Of a stretch of 64,000 nt of DNA, positions 15,060 to 27,467 are shown in pieces. The notes under the pieces are model-generated. The model had not been told where the DNA came from. It did no database searches and worked only from the letters and a program-made list of their open reading frames with translations. The stretch is taken from the NCBI RefSeq assembly GCF_058153355.1, contig NZ_CM177019.1. One strand, given 5' to 3'. A program made the translations under genes and the position numbers. Position 1 is the stretch's first letter, and each line of letters begins with the position of its first letter.

Positions 15060-15622
15060 CAGGCATGCCCTGCCACACCAGGCATGGTGAGAATATCCAC
15101 ACCAATCAGTTTTGCCGCATCGCGCCAGCGGTCGGCAATCGGTGTTTTGAACAGAATATTCAGATCTGCCGGGGCGGTTAGCCACGCGTTATCGAGAATT
15201 TCTTGTTCCAGTTGACCTTTCTCCCAAGAGGCATAGCCCAGAGCCACCAATATGTCAGACGGTTGTTTATCGGTGCCGAGCGTTTCCAGCACATCGCGGG
15301 AAGTGGTCATCACCGTGTTGTCTGAAATGCGAATGCTGGAAGCAAAATTGGAGGGCGGAGTATGCAAAATAAACCCGCGATCTTCAGCCAGTGGGCCGCC
15401 GAGCATAACCGGTTTATCCAGACGGATTGATTCATCACGCGGCTCCGGCGTGATCTTCAGCTTTTCCAGAATCCCTTCAATTTTGAGATTTTCCAGTGGC
15501 TTGTTGACGATGATACCCATTGCACCATTGGCATTATGTTCGCAAATGTAGACCACGGAACGACGGAAAATCGGATCCTGGAGAGCAGGCATGGCAATAA
15601 GAAAGTGATGCTGTAAATTCAT
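15059..15622 (-). CDS. yqgE: UPF0301 protein YqgE
   Basis: 187 aa from [29 protein letters not shown]. Confidence 0.85.
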
Positions 15623-15730
15623 TGTCAGAGGTTCTGTTTCCTGGTTCAAAAAAGCAACAGCGCCCAGTATGCGGGGAAAGTAGGGCGCTGTCACTCAGAG
15701 TCTCAACGAGATCCTTCTCGCTAAGGTGGG

Positions 15731-16681
15731 TTACTGCTGCTGTAAACGTGCTTCGATGGCATCCATTAACATACCGGTGATCGACACCGGAAACTCTGCT
15801 TCAATCTCACGAATACAGGTTGGGCTGGTGACGTTAATTTCAGTCAGACGGTCGCCGATGATATCCAGACCAACAAAAATCAGCCCTTTTTCTTTCAGCG
15901 TCGGTCCGATCTGACGGGCGATTTTCCAGTCACTTTCCGTCAGCGGACGAGGTTCCCCGCGACCACCGGCAGCCAGGTTACCACGGGTTTCGCCGCCTTG
16001 TGGAATACGCGCCAGGCAGTACGGCACCGGTTCGCCATCCACCACCAACACGCGTTTGTCGCCATCTTTAATGGCTGGCAGGTAATTTTGCGCCATGCAG
16101 TAGCGAGTGCCATGCTCAGTCAGGGTTTCGGCAATCACGCCGAGGTTTGGATCGCCTTCTTTCACGCGGAAAATCGACGCGCCGCCCATACCGTCCAGCG
16201 GCTTAAGAATGATGTCGCTGTGTTTCTCCCAGAACGCTTTCAGCTGTGCTTTATTGCGCGTAACCAGCGTTTCTGGCGTTAAGTCAGAGAACCAGGCGGT
16301 AAACAGTTTCTCGTTACAGTCGCGCAGGCTTTGCGGCTTGTTAACGATCAGCGTCCCTTTCTCTTCGGCACGTTCCAGAATATAGGTCGCGTAGATAAAC
16401 TCGGTATCAAACGGCGGGTCTTTACGCATCAGGATCACATCGAGATCGGCCAGCGGCAGATCCTGTTCACCGACGAACGAAAACCACTCTTCGTAGTTCT
16501 GCTTCACGTTCAGCGTGCGGGTATGGGCGCGGGCTTCGCCATTGATCAAATACAGATCGCCCATCTCCATATAGTGAAGTTCGTAACCACGACGTTGTGC
16601 TTCCAGCAACATAGCGAAACTGGAATCTTTCTTGATGTTGATGCTTGCGATGGGGTCCATCACGATGCCGAGCTTGATCAT
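15731..16681 (-). CDS. gshB: Glutathione synthetase
   Basis: 316 aa MIKLGIVMDPIASINIKKDSSFAMLLEAQRRGYELHYMEMGDLY. Confidence 0.9.
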   Translation of the reverse strand: MIKLGIVMDPIASINIKKDSSFAMLLEAQRRGYELHYMEMGDLYLINGEARAHTRTLNVKQNYEEWFSFVGEQDLPLADLDVILMRKDPPFDTEFIYATYILERAEEKGTLIVNKPQSLRDCNEKLFTAWFSDLTPETLVTRNKAQLKAFWEKHSDIILKPLDGMGGASIFRVKEGDPNLGVIAETLTEHGTRYCMAQNYLPAIKDGDKRVLVVDGEPVPYCLARIPQGGETRGNLAAGGRGEPRPLTESDWKIARQIGPTLKEKGLIFVGLDIIGDRLTEINVTSPTCIREIEAEFPVSITGMLMDAIEARLQQQ

Positions 16682-16693
16682 TATTCTTCTCCG

Positions 16694-17425
16694 TTAGCCC
16701 AAATCGCCAAAACGCACTTGTAGCGCGGTAATGGCGGTGAGTGCAGTTGTCTCAGTACGCAAAACGCGAGGTCCCAACAGGATATCAGTAAATTGATAGC
16801 GGGCAGTCATGGCAATTTCATCTGCCGATAAACCGCCTTCCGGGCCAATCAGCAGGCGGACGCGTTCAACCGGTAACGGCAACGTATTGATGCTGTTACT
16901 GGCGCGCGGGTGAAGATTCAGTTTCAGTCCTTCATCCTGCTCTGCACACCAGGCTTCCAGATCCATCGCTGGACGGATTTCCGGCACCCGGTTACGACCA
17001 CACTGTTCACAGGCAGCAATTGCAATCTTCTGCCACTGCTGGAGCTTCTTGTTCAGACGTTCACTATCCAGTTTAACGCCGCAACGCTCAGAAAAAAGTG
17101 GCGTAATGAGGCTTACACCGAGTTCGATCGATTTCTGGATCGTAAATTCCATTTTTTCGCCACGCGACATCACCTGACCGAGGTGAATATGCAGCGGAGA
17201 TTCACGATCGTCGAGTTGGCCTTCCAGCACTTTCACTTCCACGCTTTTTTTGCTGGCGCTGGTAATTTCGGCGTCAAAGACCTGGTTGCTGCCGTCAAAT
17301 AATTGCAACGCCTGCCCCGGCCCCATACGCAGTACGCGCCCGATATGGTTGGCGGCATCTTCGCAAAGCGCGATGTGAGAATGGCTGGTCAGTGGTTCAG
17401 GATGATAAATGCGGGGGATACGCAT
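16694..17425 (-). CDS. rsmE: 16S rRNA m3U1498 methyltransferase RsmE
   Basis: 243 aa from [12 protein letters not shown]. Confidence 0.85.
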   Translation of the reverse strand: MRIPRIYHPEPLTSHSHIALCEDAANHIGRVLRMGPGQALQLFDGSNQVFDAEITSASKKSVEVKVLEGQLDDRESPLHIHLGQVMSRGEKMEFTIQKSIELGVSLITPLFSERCGVKLDSERLNKKLQQWQKIAIAACEQCGRNRVPEIRPAMDLEAWCAEQDEGLKLNLHPRASNSINTLPLPVERVRLLIGPEGGLSADEIAMTARYQFTDILLGPRVLRTETTALTAITALQVRFGDLG

Positions 17426-17504
17426 AGTTAAAAATCCGCGTCGTCTCCCCACGCGGTTGTACGCGTGGGGTAGGGGTTAACAAAAAGAATCCCGCTAGTG
17501 TAGG

Positions 17505-18212
17505 TTAGCTCTTTCGCGCCTGGCAAGCGCGTTGCACATACGGGTTATGATTGCCCTGCACCTTCGCGATGCGTTCATCACGCTCGCACTCCCAGTCGGT
17601 AACCGGATACATCTTGTTCCATGCGTTAAAAAGCTGCGTTTGCTGGCGAGAAAGCGTCAGGTTGTACTGGTCGCGCATATAGAAGTAGGTACGCGCAATA
17701 GCGCCACGGGCACGGGCTGGCGGTTCGGCAGCTTTTTCTTTGAAATCGACCTTCATGGCGCATTGACCGTACTGGCCTTCGCCGCCATTCCACTGGCTGT
17801 ACATAAAGTTGCCGCGATCGCCATTCACCTCACCGACTGACGGCTGCAGGTTATGCATATCGCTTTCCATCTTGCGATAGACCGGATCTTTAGCGCAGTT
17901 TTTACGTCCACCGTCCTGCCAGCACTGGCGCTGGTGACCGAACTGCCAGGCGGGAACGACGTGTTCCCACTCTACGCGGCTGGCGCGGTTTTCATTTTTG
18001 CGCACCTGATAGCCGCACGATTGCAGATCGACAAAGCCTTTTTTGCCCTGCCAGTCAATTTTACATCCGCAGTAAAACGTACCCGGCGCGTCAGCGTGGA
18101 TTTTTACCGCCGCGGCTTTCGCCTGAGAAAAACTATTGATACCTTCGGCCAACGTCGGGCCGGAAAATGCTGCGCTCAGTACCACCGCAGCAATAGACAA
18201 ATAACGGTACAT
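17505..18212 (-). CDS. endA: Periplasmic endonuclease I
   Basis: 235 aa from [19 protein letters not shown] with signal peptide. Confidence 0.9.
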   Translation of the reverse strand: MYRYLSIAAVVLSAAFSGPTLAEGINSFSQAKAAAVKIHADAPGTFYCGCKIDWQGKKGFVDLQSCGYQVRKNENRASRVEWEHVVPAWQFGHQRQCWQDGGRKNCAKDPVYRKMESDMHNLQPSVGEVNGDRGNFMYSQWNGGEGQYGQCAMKVDFKEKAAEPPARARGAIARTYFYMRDQYNLTLSRQQTQLFNAWNKMYPVTDWECERDERIAKVQGNHNPYVQRACQARKS

Positions 18213-18306
18213 CACTTACTCCGTGTTAAAACGAGCCAGCAACGTAGCGAAAGTTGTTTTGGTATGCAATCAGTCAGATCAGGAAAGTTCCTGATAGTTC
18301 AGGTGG

Positions 18307-18804
18307 TTATTTTGCAATCAGCTGTTCACCGCAATGAACACAGCGATAGACGGCCTCGCCACGAACTACGCGATTATGGCGGCGTACGGTAAGCTGATGC
18401 TCCTGGCACTTGCAGCGGTAGGGGAAGGTGTTGCGACGCACGGATTGCAGTTCGAACTGATGCGTACGACGGGCGGGAACGCCCAGCACGTTTTCCATCA
18501 TCCACTTCCACTCTTTGCCATGTGGCGCTACGCGGCCGAAATGTTTCCATACCAGCAAATGTGCCAGTTCGTGCGGCACCACTTCTTCAATAAAGGCTTC
18601 ACTGTTTTCCAACAGCAAAACGGGATTGAGGCGAATTTCATAGCTTTCCAGCCAGGCTGTTCCGGCAGAGGTGCCGCGCTGGGTGTAAGAGAGTTTTGGC
18701 TCCGGGTAGTTACGCCCTAGCTTCAGGTTGGCCTGGGCGAGTTTTTCCCGCAGGCGACGCATAACGGCCTGTTGGATGGCGATAGGGAGACGGGATGTTT
18801 TCAT
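18307..18804 (-). CDS. sprT: SprT zinc-metalloprotease-like protein
   Basis: 165 aa; HELAH zinc motif. Confidence 0.85.
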   Translation of the reverse strand: MKTSRLPIAIQQAVMRRLREKLAQANLKLGRNYPEPKLSYTQRGTSAGTAWLESYEIRLNPVLLLENSEAFIEEVVPHELAHLLVWKHFGRVAPHGKEWKWMMENVLGVPARRTHQFELQSVRRNTFPYRCKCQEHQLTVRRHNRVVRGEAVYRCVHCGEQLIAK

Positions 18805-18880
18805 AGCGGCAGAGGATAGAGCGAAGAAAAGATGACTGCAAGAGGTGGCTTCCTCCGCGACGGGAGGAAGCCTGAGGAGA

Positions 18881-20275
18881 TTAATCGTGAGCGCCGATTT
18901 CGCGCAGTTTACGACCTTTCATCAGATTACGTTCAATATGTTCCAGCGAAACGTGTTTGGTTTCCGGTACCAGCCACAATGTCAGCAGGATAAACAGTAC
19001 GTTCAGAGCCGCATACACCCAGAAGGTGTTGGCGTTACCCAGCGTGTTGAGCATGGTCAGGAACGTTGCGCCAACGATCATGTTGGCAATCCAGTTGGTG
19101 GCGGTGGAGCAGGTGATGCCAAAATCGCGGCCTTTCAGCGGCTGAATTTCGGAGCACAGTACCCAAATCAGCGGACCGGCACTCATGGCAAAGCCGACAA
19201 TAAACATCAGCAGCATGGCGATAGCGAAATACTGCGCCGACGGAGAATGGATACCGATATGCATCATTGTACCGAGTACGCCCATGCCAGCAGCCATCAC
19301 CAGGAAGCCCAGCGTTAGCGTTGGTTTACGTCCCCAGCGGTCAACAAGGCCGATTGCGATAAAGGTGGCAAGTACGTTGGTCAGGCCGACAATCACCGTC
19401 CCCCACATTTGCTCGGTGGTGTTGGTATAACCCGCCAGTTCGAAGATTTTCGGCGCGTAATACATGATGACGTTCATCCCGGTGAATTGCTGCATTACCT
19501 GCAACAGTACGCCAAGGAACACCGCGCGGCGGAAGTTGCTGTTCTCTTTAAACAGCGCCCAGCCACTCTGTTTAACCTGCAAACTTTCACGGATTTCATC
19601 CAGTTCGCGTTTCGCTTCCGCACTGGTGTCGCGCAGGCGCAGCAGCACGCGCTCGGCATCAACAAAACGGCGTTTGGCGGCAAACCAACGTGGGCTGTCT
19701 GGCAGGAAGAAAACACCAATCAGCAGCAAAATTGCCGGGATGATAATCACACCCAGCATCCAGCGCCATGCACCGGTGTAGCTGAAGGCGGTATCAGAAA
19801 GATAAGCACCGAGGATCCCGATAGTGATCATCAACTGATACATCGAGATCATACTACCGCGAATTTTTTCCGGCGCAATTTCAGAGAGGTAAAGCGGTGC
19901 GGTATAAGAGGCCACACCCACCGCCAGCCCCAGCAGAACGCGGGAAAGAATCAGTACTTCAACGTTTGGCGCAGCCGCAGAGAACAGTGAACCGGCAACA
20001 AACAGGATTGCGCCGATCATCAAACTCTTTTTGCGCCCGAGTTTAAAGGAGAGCCAGCCGCTGCCCACCGCACCGACTGCCGCACCGAACATCATGGAGC
20101 TTACGACCCATTCTTGCGTGTGCGAAGTAATCTGGAATTCATCTGCAATAAACGGCAGTGCGCCAGCAATTACACCGATATCCAGGCCAAAGAGTAATCC
20201 CGCCAGAGCGGCAAGGAAGCAGACGAAAAACGTCATTGCCTTGTTTGACCGCCCCTGTTTTTTAGCGTCAGGCAT
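18881..20275 (-). CDS. galP: Galactose:H+ symporter GalP (MFS sugar porter)
   Basis: 464 aa from [38 protein letters not shown]. Confidence 0.9.
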   Translation of the reverse strand: MPDAKKQGRSNKAMTFFVCFLAALAGLLFGLDIGVIAGALPFIADEFQITSHTQEWVVSSMMFGAAVGAVGSGWLSFKLGRKKSLMIGAILFVAGSLFSAAAPNVEVLILSRVLLGLAVGVASYTAPLYLSEIAPEKIRGSMISMYQLMITIGILGAYLSDTAFSYTGAWRWMLGVIIIPAILLLIGVFFLPDSPRWFAAKRRFVDAERVLLRLRDTSAEAKRELDEIRESLQVKQSGWALFKENSNFRRAVFLGVLLQVMQQFTGMNVIMYYAPKIFELAGYTNTTEQMWGTVIVGLTNVLATFIAIGLVDRWGRKPTLTLGFLVMAAGMGVLGTMMHIGIHSPSAQYFAIAMLLMFIVGFAMSAGPLIWVLCSEIQPLKGRDFGITCSTATNWIANMIVGATFLTMLNTLGNANTFWVYAALNVLFILLTLWLVPETKHVSLEHIERNLMKGRKLREIGAHD

Positions 20276-20358
20276 GATGCCCTCCAATATGGTTATTTTT
20301 TATTGTGAATTAAGATAGGTGAGTACGACGTAAAAAGATGTGAAGCAAATCACATCAG

Positions 20359-20374
20359 TGTAATCGCTTACACT
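20359..20374. promoter_or_regulatory. GalR/GalS operator-like palindrome in galP promoter region
   Basis: gtgtaatcgcttacac fits gal operator pattern GTGNAANCGNTTNCAC. Confidence 0.5.
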
Positions 20375-20661
20375 AACATTTATCTTAGTTATGATTTAAG
20401 TGCATGAAAATAATTGAGTTATATCATCATAGATTAAACGCTGTTATCTGCAATTAAGACTTTACTGAAAAGAAATGTAACAACTGTGAAAGCAGAATAA
20501 TAATATGAAAATATTACAAATATTTGGCTGGTGTGGTTGGTGTAATCGGTTTCAGTCGTGATGATAATTTGCGGTAAAACGTGTTGAGGAAGAATGATGT
20601 TATTGCGGGCGGTTTTTTGCCGGATGCGGCGTGAATGTCTATCCACCGCGGTGAGGTAAAA

Positions 20662-20692
20662 GAAAAAGGCCAGCGCGAGGCTGGCCTTTGAA
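20662..20692 (-). terminator. Rho-independent terminator downstream of metK
   Basis: Minus strand: aggccagcctcgcgctggcct + TTTTT. Confidence 0.65.
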
Positions 20693-20708
20693 AGCAGGTG
20701 AAGAAAGA

Positions 20709-21863
20709 TTACTTCAGACCGGCAGCTTCACGCAGCAGCTGCGCTTTGTCGGTTTTTTCCCACGGGAAATGTTCACGACCAAAGTGACCGTATGCTGCGG
20801 TTTCTTTGTAGATCGGGTGCAGCAGATCCAGCATCTGAATCAGACCGTATGGACGCAGGTCAAAGAACTCACGTACCAGCAGAGTCAGTTGTTCAGAAGG
20901 CACTTTCTCGGTACCGAAAGTTTCCACCATGATGGAGGTCGGTTCAGCCACGCCGATTGCGTAGGAAACCTGAATTTCACAACGATCGGCCAGGCCAGCC
21001 GCAACGATGTTTTTCGCGACATAACGTGCTGCGTACGCTGCGGAACGGTCCACTTTTGATGGATCTTTACCAGAGAACGCACCGCCACCGTGACGTGCCA
21101 TGCCGCCGTAGGTATCAACGATAATTTTACGACCAGTCAGACCGCAGTCACCCATCGGGCCGCCAATAACAAAACGTCCGGTCGGGTTGATGAAGAACTT
21201 GGTTGCGGAAGTCAGCCATTCTGCGGGCAGAATCGGCTTGATGATCTCTTCCATTACCGCTTCTTGCAGCGATTTCTGGTCGATCTCTTCAGAGTGCTGG
21301 GTGGAAAGTACTACAGCATCGATGCCAACGATTTTGCCGTCGTCATACTGGAAAGTCACCTGGCTTTTCGCGTCCGGGCGCAGCCACGGCAGAGTGCCGT
21401 TTTTACGTACTTCAGCCTGACGCTGAACCAGACGGTGTGCATAGGTGATAGGTGCTGGCATCAGCACGTCGGTTTCATTGGTTGCGTAGCCAAACATCAG
21501 ACCCTGGTCGCCCGCGCCCTGTTCCAGCGGATCGGCACGATCAACGCCCTGGTTGATGTCAGGAGATTGTTTGCCGATAGCGCTCAGGACCGCACAGGAG
21601 TTAGCGTCAAAGCCCATGTCGGAATGTACATAGCCAATTTCGCGAACGGTGTTACGGGTGATCTCTTCGATGTCTACCCAGGCGCTGGTGGTGATTTCAC
21701 CGCCAACTAAAACCATGCCGGTTTTTACGTAGGTTTCGCAAGCAACACGTGCTTTCGGATCCTGTTCGAGGATCGCGTCTAAAACGGCATCAGAGATTTG
21801 GTCAGCAATTTTGTCAGGATGCCCTTCAGAGACGGACTCGGACGTAAAAAGGTGTTTTGCCAT
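20709..21863 (-). CDS. metK: S-adenosylmethionine synthetase
   Basis: 384 aa from [41 protein letters not shown]. Confidence 0.95.
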   Translation of the reverse strand: MAKHLFTSESVSEGHPDKIADQISDAVLDAILEQDPKARVACETYVKTGMVLVGGEITTSAWVDIEEITRNTVREIGYVHSDMGFDANSCAVLSAIGKQSPDINQGVDRADPLEQGAGDQGLMFGYATNETDVLMPAPITYAHRLVQRQAEVRKNGTLPWLRPDAKSQVTFQYDDGKIVGIDAVVLSTQHSEEIDQKSLQEAVMEEIIKPILPAEWLTSATKFFINPTGRFVIGGPMGDCGLTGRKIIVDTYGGMARHGGGAFSGKDPSKVDRSAAYAARYVAKNIVAAGLADRCEIQVSYAIGVAEPTSIMVETFGTEKVPSEQLTLLVREFFDLRPYGLIQMLDLLHPIYKETAAYGHFGREHFPWEKTDKAQLLREAAGLK

Positions 21864-21903
21864 ATTTAATATCACCTAAAGAGAATTTGGTTAGCTCAAA
21901 CTG

Positions 21904-22170
21904 TTGTGTGGATTTTCTGTGGTAGCGGATCCTACCACGACTCTGCAGGTTAAAAACACTGGCAGTCTGAGTGTTAATCGGTATGGATGGATTAACATCT
22001 GGATGGCTATTTTAGGTCAGTTCTTCACCCAATTTCCACTTTTTTTTGAATCGTGTCTCATTCTGTTAAAAACGTGGCTGGAAATTTTTCCTGACAATGC
22101 TGGCATTCTGCGTATTTATCTTTTGCAATTTTCTGCCATTGTGGGGTATAAAACGCGGCGCGCGGCTTAA
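21904..22170 (+). CDS. Small hypothetical ORF in the metK–speA intergenic region (K-12 yqgD/yqgC-type; identity uncertain)
   Basis: 88-aa ORF only; no recognisable domain. Confidence 0.3.
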
Positions 22171-22517
22171 ATAAAAAGCACACGACGTTTCTTTCGTGTT
22201 GCCACTTCCAGCCGGGTTGAAATCAGAGTTTTGGCTTGTGGGTTCGTCTTAACAGGCGGCCGTGGAGGTGATACGAAATAATGAACCGTTGTCTGCTGCT
22301 TAACCTGTCACACCGTTCTGGTGTAGATTCGTTCCCCGCACTCTGCATCTCTGCTTTGCATACCTGCCGATGTTATACCCATCTCGGCGCTTCTCAGGAT
22401 TCAAGAGCTGGTTACAGTTACTGAGGACTGAACAAGGGCGCTCTTGTAAAAACAAGAGTTTTCTCGTGGTTTCGCCGAACTGTCACACTTACGTTCGGTT
22501 ATGTGTTTAATAATGTT

Positions 22518-22649
22518 ATGAAAAAGAAACCGGTTGCGCAGTCGGAGCGTCAGCATACTTTGCTGGAAAATCCGTGTGCTTATGGGTTGTTATCGCAGTC
22601 CCAGGCTGCGATAGTCGTTAACTGTTTTACACTTAATAAAATAATTTGA
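22518..22649 (+). CDS. yqgB: Small protein YqgB, upstream ORF ending 8 nt before speA
   Basis: 43 aa [43 protein letters not shown]. Confidence 0.6.
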   Translation: MKKKPVAQSERQHTLLENPCAYGLLSQSQAAIVVNCFTLNKII

Positions 22650-22657
22650 GGTTCGCT

Positions 22658-24634
22658 ATGTCTGACGACATGTCTATGGGTTTGCCTTCGTCAGCGGGCG
22701 AACACGGTGTACTACGCTCCATGCAGGAGGTTGCAATGAGCTCCCAGGAAGCCAGCAAGATGCTGCGTACTTACAATATTGCCTGGTGGGGCAATAACTA
22801 TTATGACGTTAACGAGCTGGGCCACATTAGCGTGTGCCCGGACCCGGACGTCCCGGAAGCTCGCGTCGATCTCGCGCAGTTAGTGAAAACTCGTGAAGCA
22901 CAGGGGCAGCGTCTGCCTGCACTGTTCTGTTTCCCACAGATCCTGCAGCACCGTTTGCGTTCCATTAACGCCGCGTTCAAACGTGCGCGGGAATCCTACG
23001 GCTATAACGGCGATTACTTCCTCGTTTACCCGATCAAAGTTAACCAGCACCGCCGCGTGATTGAATCCCTGATTCATTCAGGCGAACCGCTGGGCCTGGA
23101 AGCCGGTTCCAAAGCTGAGTTGATGGCGGTACTGGCGCATGCTGGCATGACCCGTAGCGTCATCGTCTGCAATGGTTATAAAGACCGCGAATATATCCGC
23201 CTGGCATTAATTGGCGAGAAGATGGGCCATAAGGTCTATCTGGTCATTGAGAAGATGTCAGAAATCGCCATTGTGCTGGATGAAGCAGAACGTCTGAATG
23301 TCGTTCCTCGTCTGGGCGTGCGCGCGCGTCTGGCGTCTCAAGGTTCTGGCAAATGGCAGTCTTCTGGCGGGGAAAAATCGAAGTTCGGCCTGGCGGCGAC
23401 TCAGGTACTGCAACTGGTTGAAACCCTGCGTGAAGCCGGACGTCTCGACAGCCTGCAACTGCTGCACTTTCACCTCGGTTCGCAGATGGCGAATATTCGC
23501 GATATCGCCACGGGCGTTCGTGAATCCGCGCGTTTCTATGTGGAACTGCACAAGCTGGGCGTCAATATTCAGTGCTTTGATGTCGGCGGCGGTCTGGGTG
23601 TGGACTATGAAGGTACTCGTTCGCAGTCCGACTGTTCAGTGAATTACGGCCTCAATGAATACGCCAACAACATCATTTGGGCGATTGGCGATGCGTGTGA
23701 AGAAAATGGTCTGCCGCATCCGACAGTAATCACCGAATCAGGTCGTGCGGTGACTGCGCATCACACCGTGCTGGTGTCGAATATCATCGGCGTGGAACGT
23801 AACGAATACACGGTGCCGACCGCGCCAGCAGAAGACGCACCGCGCGCGCTGCAAAGCATGTGGGAAACCTGGCAGGAGATGCACGAACCGGGAACTCGCC
23901 GTTCTCTGCGTGAATGGTTACACGACAGCCAGATGGATCTGCACGACATTCATATCGGCTATTCTTCAGGCACTTACAACCTGCAAGAACGCGCGTGGGC
24001 TGAGCAGCTTTATCTGAGCATGTGTCACGAAGTGCAAAAGCAGCTGGATCCGCAAAACCGCGCACATCGCCCGATTATCGACGAATTGCAGGAACGTATG
24101 GCGGACAAAATGTACGTCAACTTCTCGCTGTTCCAGTCGATGCCGGACGCATGGGGGATCGACCAGTTGTTCCCGGTTTTGCCGCTGGAAGGGCTGAATC
24201 AAGTTCCGGAGCGGCGCGCCGTGCTGCTGGATATTACCTGTGACTCTGACGGTGCCATCGACCACTATATTGATGGTGATGGTATTGCCACAACAATGCC
24301 TATGCCGGAGTACGATCCAGAGAATCCGCCGATGCTCGGTTTCTTTATGGTCGGCGCATATCAGGAGATCCTCGGTAACATGCACAACCTGTTTGGTGAT
24401 ACCGAAGCGGTTGATGTGTTCGTCTTCCCTGACGGCAGCGTAGAAGTGGAACTGTCTGACGAAGGCGATACCGTGGCGGACATGCTGCAATATGTACAGC
24501 TCGATCCGAAAACGCTGTTAACCCAGTTCCGTGATCAAGTGAAGAAAACCGATCTTGATGCTGAACTGCAACAACAGTTCCTGGAAGAGTTCGAGGCAGG
24601 TTTGTACGGTTATACCTATCTTGAAGATGAATAA
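22658..24634 (+). CDS. speA: Biosynthetic arginine decarboxylase
   Basis: 658 aa from [45 protein letters not shown]. Confidence 0.95.
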   Translation: MSDDMSMGLPSSAGEHGVLRSMQEVAMSSQEASKMLRTYNIAWWGNNYYDVNELGHISVCPDPDVPEARVDLAQLVKTREAQGQRLPALFCFPQILQHRLRSINAAFKRARESYGYNGDYFLVYPIKVNQHRRVIESLIHSGEPLGLEAGSKAELMAVLAHAGMTRSVIVCNGYKDREYIRLALIGEKMGHKVYLVIEKMSEIAIVLDEAERLNVVPRLGVRARLASQGSGKWQSSGGEKSKFGLAATQVLQLVETLREAGRLDSLQLLHFHLGSQMANIRDIATGVRESARFYVELHKLGVNIQCFDVGGGLGVDYEGTRSQSDCSVNYGLNEYANNIIWAIGDACEENGLPHPTVITESGRAVTAHHTVLVSNIIGVERNEYTVPTAPAEDAPRALQSMWETWQEMHEPGTRRSLREWLHDSQMDLHDIHIGYSSGTYNLQERAWAEQLYLSMCHEVQKQLDPQNRAHRPIIDELQERMADKMYVNFSLFQSMPDAWGIDQLFPVLPLEGLNQVPERRAVLLDITCDSDGAIDHYIDGDGIATTMPMPEYDPENPPMLGFFMVGAYQEILGNMHNLFGDTEAVDVFVFPDGSVEVELSDEGDTVADMLQYVQLDPKTLLTQFRDQVKKTDLDAELQQQFLEEFEAGLYGYTYLEDE

Positions 24635-24779
24635 TTAAGATTATTCCGCTATCGGGTCGATTTATTTACGTAAATCGGCCCGCTTTCTTTTTATATATTC
24701 TTAAAAATAATTTAGCTGCTTTCCTTATTGAATAATCTCCCTACAATCGCTGCATTAATTAAATGCAGAGGGAACGGTT

Positions 24780-25511
24780 ATGAAAAAATGGAAAGTACGT
24801 AGCGCGTTGGTGGCATTAGTCGTGCTGCTGGCCGGTTGTTCCAGTAATGCGCAGTATAATAGCAGTGCATCGGGCAATGTCGGCACCGCCTGGGGTGGGG
24901 ATGTGCACTCAACGGTTCAGGGCGTATCTGCTGAACGAGCCTGGCGCGATCCGGCAGAGATGATCGTTATTAGTTATTCGACTAATGTTCCTTCCGGCTA
25001 CGACCGCGTTTATAGCATTCGTATTAACGAACTTGAATATGCTATTCGCGATGGTAATTTTAATTCTCTACCTATTACGCGGGTTTATAATTCATCAGGT
25101 AAAGAACTACGCTATATAGTCCATGCCAGAGTAGGAATGAATTACCAATTATATGTCCGCAATTACAGTCGTAACACCAACTACGAGATCGTTGCGACAG
25201 TTGATGGCCTGGATGTTCTCAATGGTAAACAAGGTTCCCTGAATAACAACGGCTATATTGTGAATGCCGGGGATTCGTTGGCGATTAAAGGATTCCGCAA
25301 AGATAAACATACCGAAGCGGCTTTTCAGTTCGCCAACGTTGCTGATTCCTACGCAGCCAATTCGGCGCAAGGCGATGTGCGTAATACCGGTGTAATCGGC
25401 TTTGCCGCCTTTGAATTACAAGGCCCGGCGCAAAACGCGCTGCCACCGTGCTCTGGACAAGCGTTTCCGGCGGACAACAATGGCTATGCGCCGCCACCGT
25501 GTCGGAAATAG
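24780..25511 (+). CDS. Predicted lipoprotein of unknown function, between speA and speB (not present at this position in K-12 as far as I recall)
   Basis: 243 aa; signal peptide + lipobox MKKWKVRSALVALVVLLAGC; RBS gaggga upstream; two C-terminal Cys. Confidence 0.6.
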   Translation: MKKWKVRSALVALVVLLAGCSSNAQYNSSASGNVGTAWGGDVHSTVQGVSAERAWRDPAEMIVISYSTNVPSGYDRVYSIRINELEYAIRDGNFNSLPITRVYNSSGKELRYIVHARVGMNYQLYVRNYSRNTNYEIVATVDGLDVLNGKQGSLNNNGYIVNAGDSLAIKGFRKDKHTEAAFQFANVADSYAANSAQGDVRNTGVIGFAAFELQGPAQNALPPCSGQAFPADNNGYAPPPCRK

Positions 25512-25576
25512 TAACCTCGCTTGATGCCTCGCCCATTTAAGGCGATAATTAGCACAAAATTGTGTTTCGCAAATCC

Positions 25577-25619
25577 AACCCTTCCTCGTCGGGCCTAACG
25601 ACGCGGAAGGGTTTTTTTA
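25577..25619 (+). terminator. Rho-independent terminator between lipoprotein ORF and speB
   Basis: aacccttcc...ggaagggtt hairpin + T7. Confidence 0.6.
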
Positions 25620-25646
25620 TATCGACTTTGTAATAGGAGTCCACCC

Positions 25647-26567
25647 ATGAGCACCTTAGGTCATCAATACGATAACTCACTGGTTTCCAACGCCTTTGGT
25701 TTTTTACGCCTGCCGATGAACTTCCAGCCGTATGACAGCGATGCTGACTGGGTAATTACCGGCGTGCCGTTCGATATGGCCACTTCTGGTCGTGCGGGTG
25801 GACGCCACGGTCCAGCGGCGATCCGTCAGGTTTCGACGAATCTGGCCTGGGAACACAACCGCTTCCCGTGGAATTTCGACATGCGCGAGCGTCTGAACGT
25901 GGTGGACTGCGGCGATCTGGTGTATGCCTTCGGCGATGCTCGTGAGATGAGCGAGAAGCTGCAGGCGCATGCCGAAAAGCTGCTGGCTGCCGGTAAGCGT
26001 ATGCTCTCCTTCGGTGGTGACCACTTTGTTACCCTGCCGCTGCTGCGTGCTCATGCGAAGCATTTCGGCAAAATGGCGCTGGTACACTTTGACGCCCACA
26101 CCGATACCTATGCGAACGGTTGTGAATTTGACCACGGCACCATGTTCTATACCGCGCCGAAAGAAGGTCTGATCGACCCGAATCACTCCGTACAGATTGG
26201 TATTCGTACCGAGTTTGATAAAGACAACGGCTTTACCGTACTGGACGCCTGCCAGGTGAACGATCGCAGCGTGGATGACGTTATCGCCCAGGTGAAACAG
26301 ATTGTAGGTGATATGCCAGTTTACCTGACCTTTGATATCGACTGCCTGGATCCTGCTTTCGCGCCGGGCACCGGTACGCCGGTGATTGGCGGCCTGACCT
26401 CCGATCGCGCCATTAAACTGGTACGCGGCCTGAAAGATCTCAACATCGTTGGGATGGACGTAGTGGAAGTGGCTCCGGCATACGATCAGTCGGAAATCAC
26501 CGCTCTGGCAGCAGCGACGCTGGCGCTGGAGATGCTGTATATTCAGGCGGCGAAAAAGGGCGAGTAA
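25647..26567 (+). CDS. speB: Agmatinase
   Basis: 306 aa [43 protein letters not shown]. Confidence 0.95.
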   Translation: MSTLGHQYDNSLVSNAFGFLRLPMNFQPYDSDADWVITGVPFDMATSGRAGGRHGPAAIRQVSTNLAWEHNRFPWNFDMRERLNVVDCGDLVYAFGDAREMSEKLQAHAEKLLAAGKRMLSFGGDHFVTLPLLRAHAKHFGKMALVHFDAHTDTYANGCEFDHGTMFYTAPKEGLIDPNHSVQIGIRTEFDKDNGFTVLDACQVNDRSVDDVIAQVKQIVGDMPVYLTFDIDCLDPAFAPGTGTPVIGGLTSDRAIKLVRGLKDLNIVGMDVVEVAPAYDQSEITALAAATLALEMLYIQAAKKGE

Positions 26568-26568
26568 G

Positions 26569-26692
26569 CGCCAGATGCGATGTCGCCCGTAGGCCGGATA
26601 AGATGCGTCAGCATCGCATCCGGCATTGCGGACAGGGTAACAAATGTGTCATTCATGTCAGATGCGGCGTGAACGCCTTATCTGACCTACGT
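26569..26692. repeat. BIME/REP cluster between speB and loiP
   Basis: Several REP units: ggccggataagatgcgtcagcatcgcatccggc, gatgcggcgtgaacgccttatctgacctac. Confidence 0.75.
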
Positions 26693-26708
26693 TCGGCACC
26701 ACCAGGCT

Positions 26709-27467
26709 TTACTTAACCCCATCCGCGCTCATACGATCGCGAATATGCTGGGCGCGTTCGGCGGATGCCGGATGGTCGTCAAACATTGAGCTTTGGCGGC
26801 CTTCTTCCAGTTTCGCCAGTTTTTCAAAGCTGGTGGCAAGACCAGCCGGGCTGATGCCGCGTTGGCGCAGAAGATCGTAAGAATAATCATCGGCTTCTGC
26901 TTCCTGGCGCTGGGAGAATTGCGAATTGACTAATTTCTCGCCCAGATCACCAAGCTGTGATTGCGATAAACTGCCGACAATCCCGCCCGCAGAGGCTGCC
27001 GCGACTCTCACGGCGTTGGTACCTAATGCAACTTGCATCCCTTTCTTCACATGGCCTAACGCGACGTGCCCCATTTCGTGACCGATCACCGCTTCGACTT
27101 CGTTATCCGTCATCATATCCATCAGCCCGCTATAGACGCGGATACAGCCGTTTGCCATCGCAAAAGCATTCACATCCTTCGCCATATACACTTTGTAGTT
27201 TACTGGCTGACCGTTGATATTGTTGCCTAGCGCATTGGCAATAGTTGTCAGACGTTTAGCGTATTCGCTATTGGCTGGCGCAATCGTCGCCTTGCTGTCC
27301 ATCTCCTGACATGCCTGATCGCTCAGGGCTTTCACCTGCGCATCACTCAAACTGTAAGCCTGAAAAGCTTCCGCTCCTGATGAGAGCAGTCCGTTGGAGT
27401 CCATATTCTGGCAACCGGTCAGTACCGTTGCCACGCTCATTGCTACCAATAAGGCGCGAATTTTCAT
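26709..27467 (-). CDS. loiP: Outer-membrane metalloprotease LoiP (M48 family lipoprotein)
   Basis: 252 aa from MKIRALLVAMSVATVLTGCQ; HEMGH motif. Confidence 0.9.
   Translation of the reverse strand: MKIRALLVAMSVATVLTGCQNMDSNGLLSSGAEAFQAYSLSDAQVKALSDQACQEMDSKATIAPANSEYAKRLTTIANALGNNINGQPVNYKVYMAKDVNAFAMANGCIRVYSGLMDMMTDNEVEAVIGHEMGHVALGHVKKGMQVALGTNAVRVAAASAGGIVGSLSQSQLGDLGEKLVNSQFSQRQEAEADDYSYDLLRQRGISPAGLATSFEKLAKLEEGRQSSMFDDHPASAERAQHIRDRMSADGVK

Noticed and set aside
21876-22517. Possible SAM riboswitch or other structured leader upstream of metK
   Set aside because: Enterobacterial metK is controlled by the MetJ repressor rather than a SAM riboswitch; I could not identify convincing riboswitch or MetJ-box motifs by eye.
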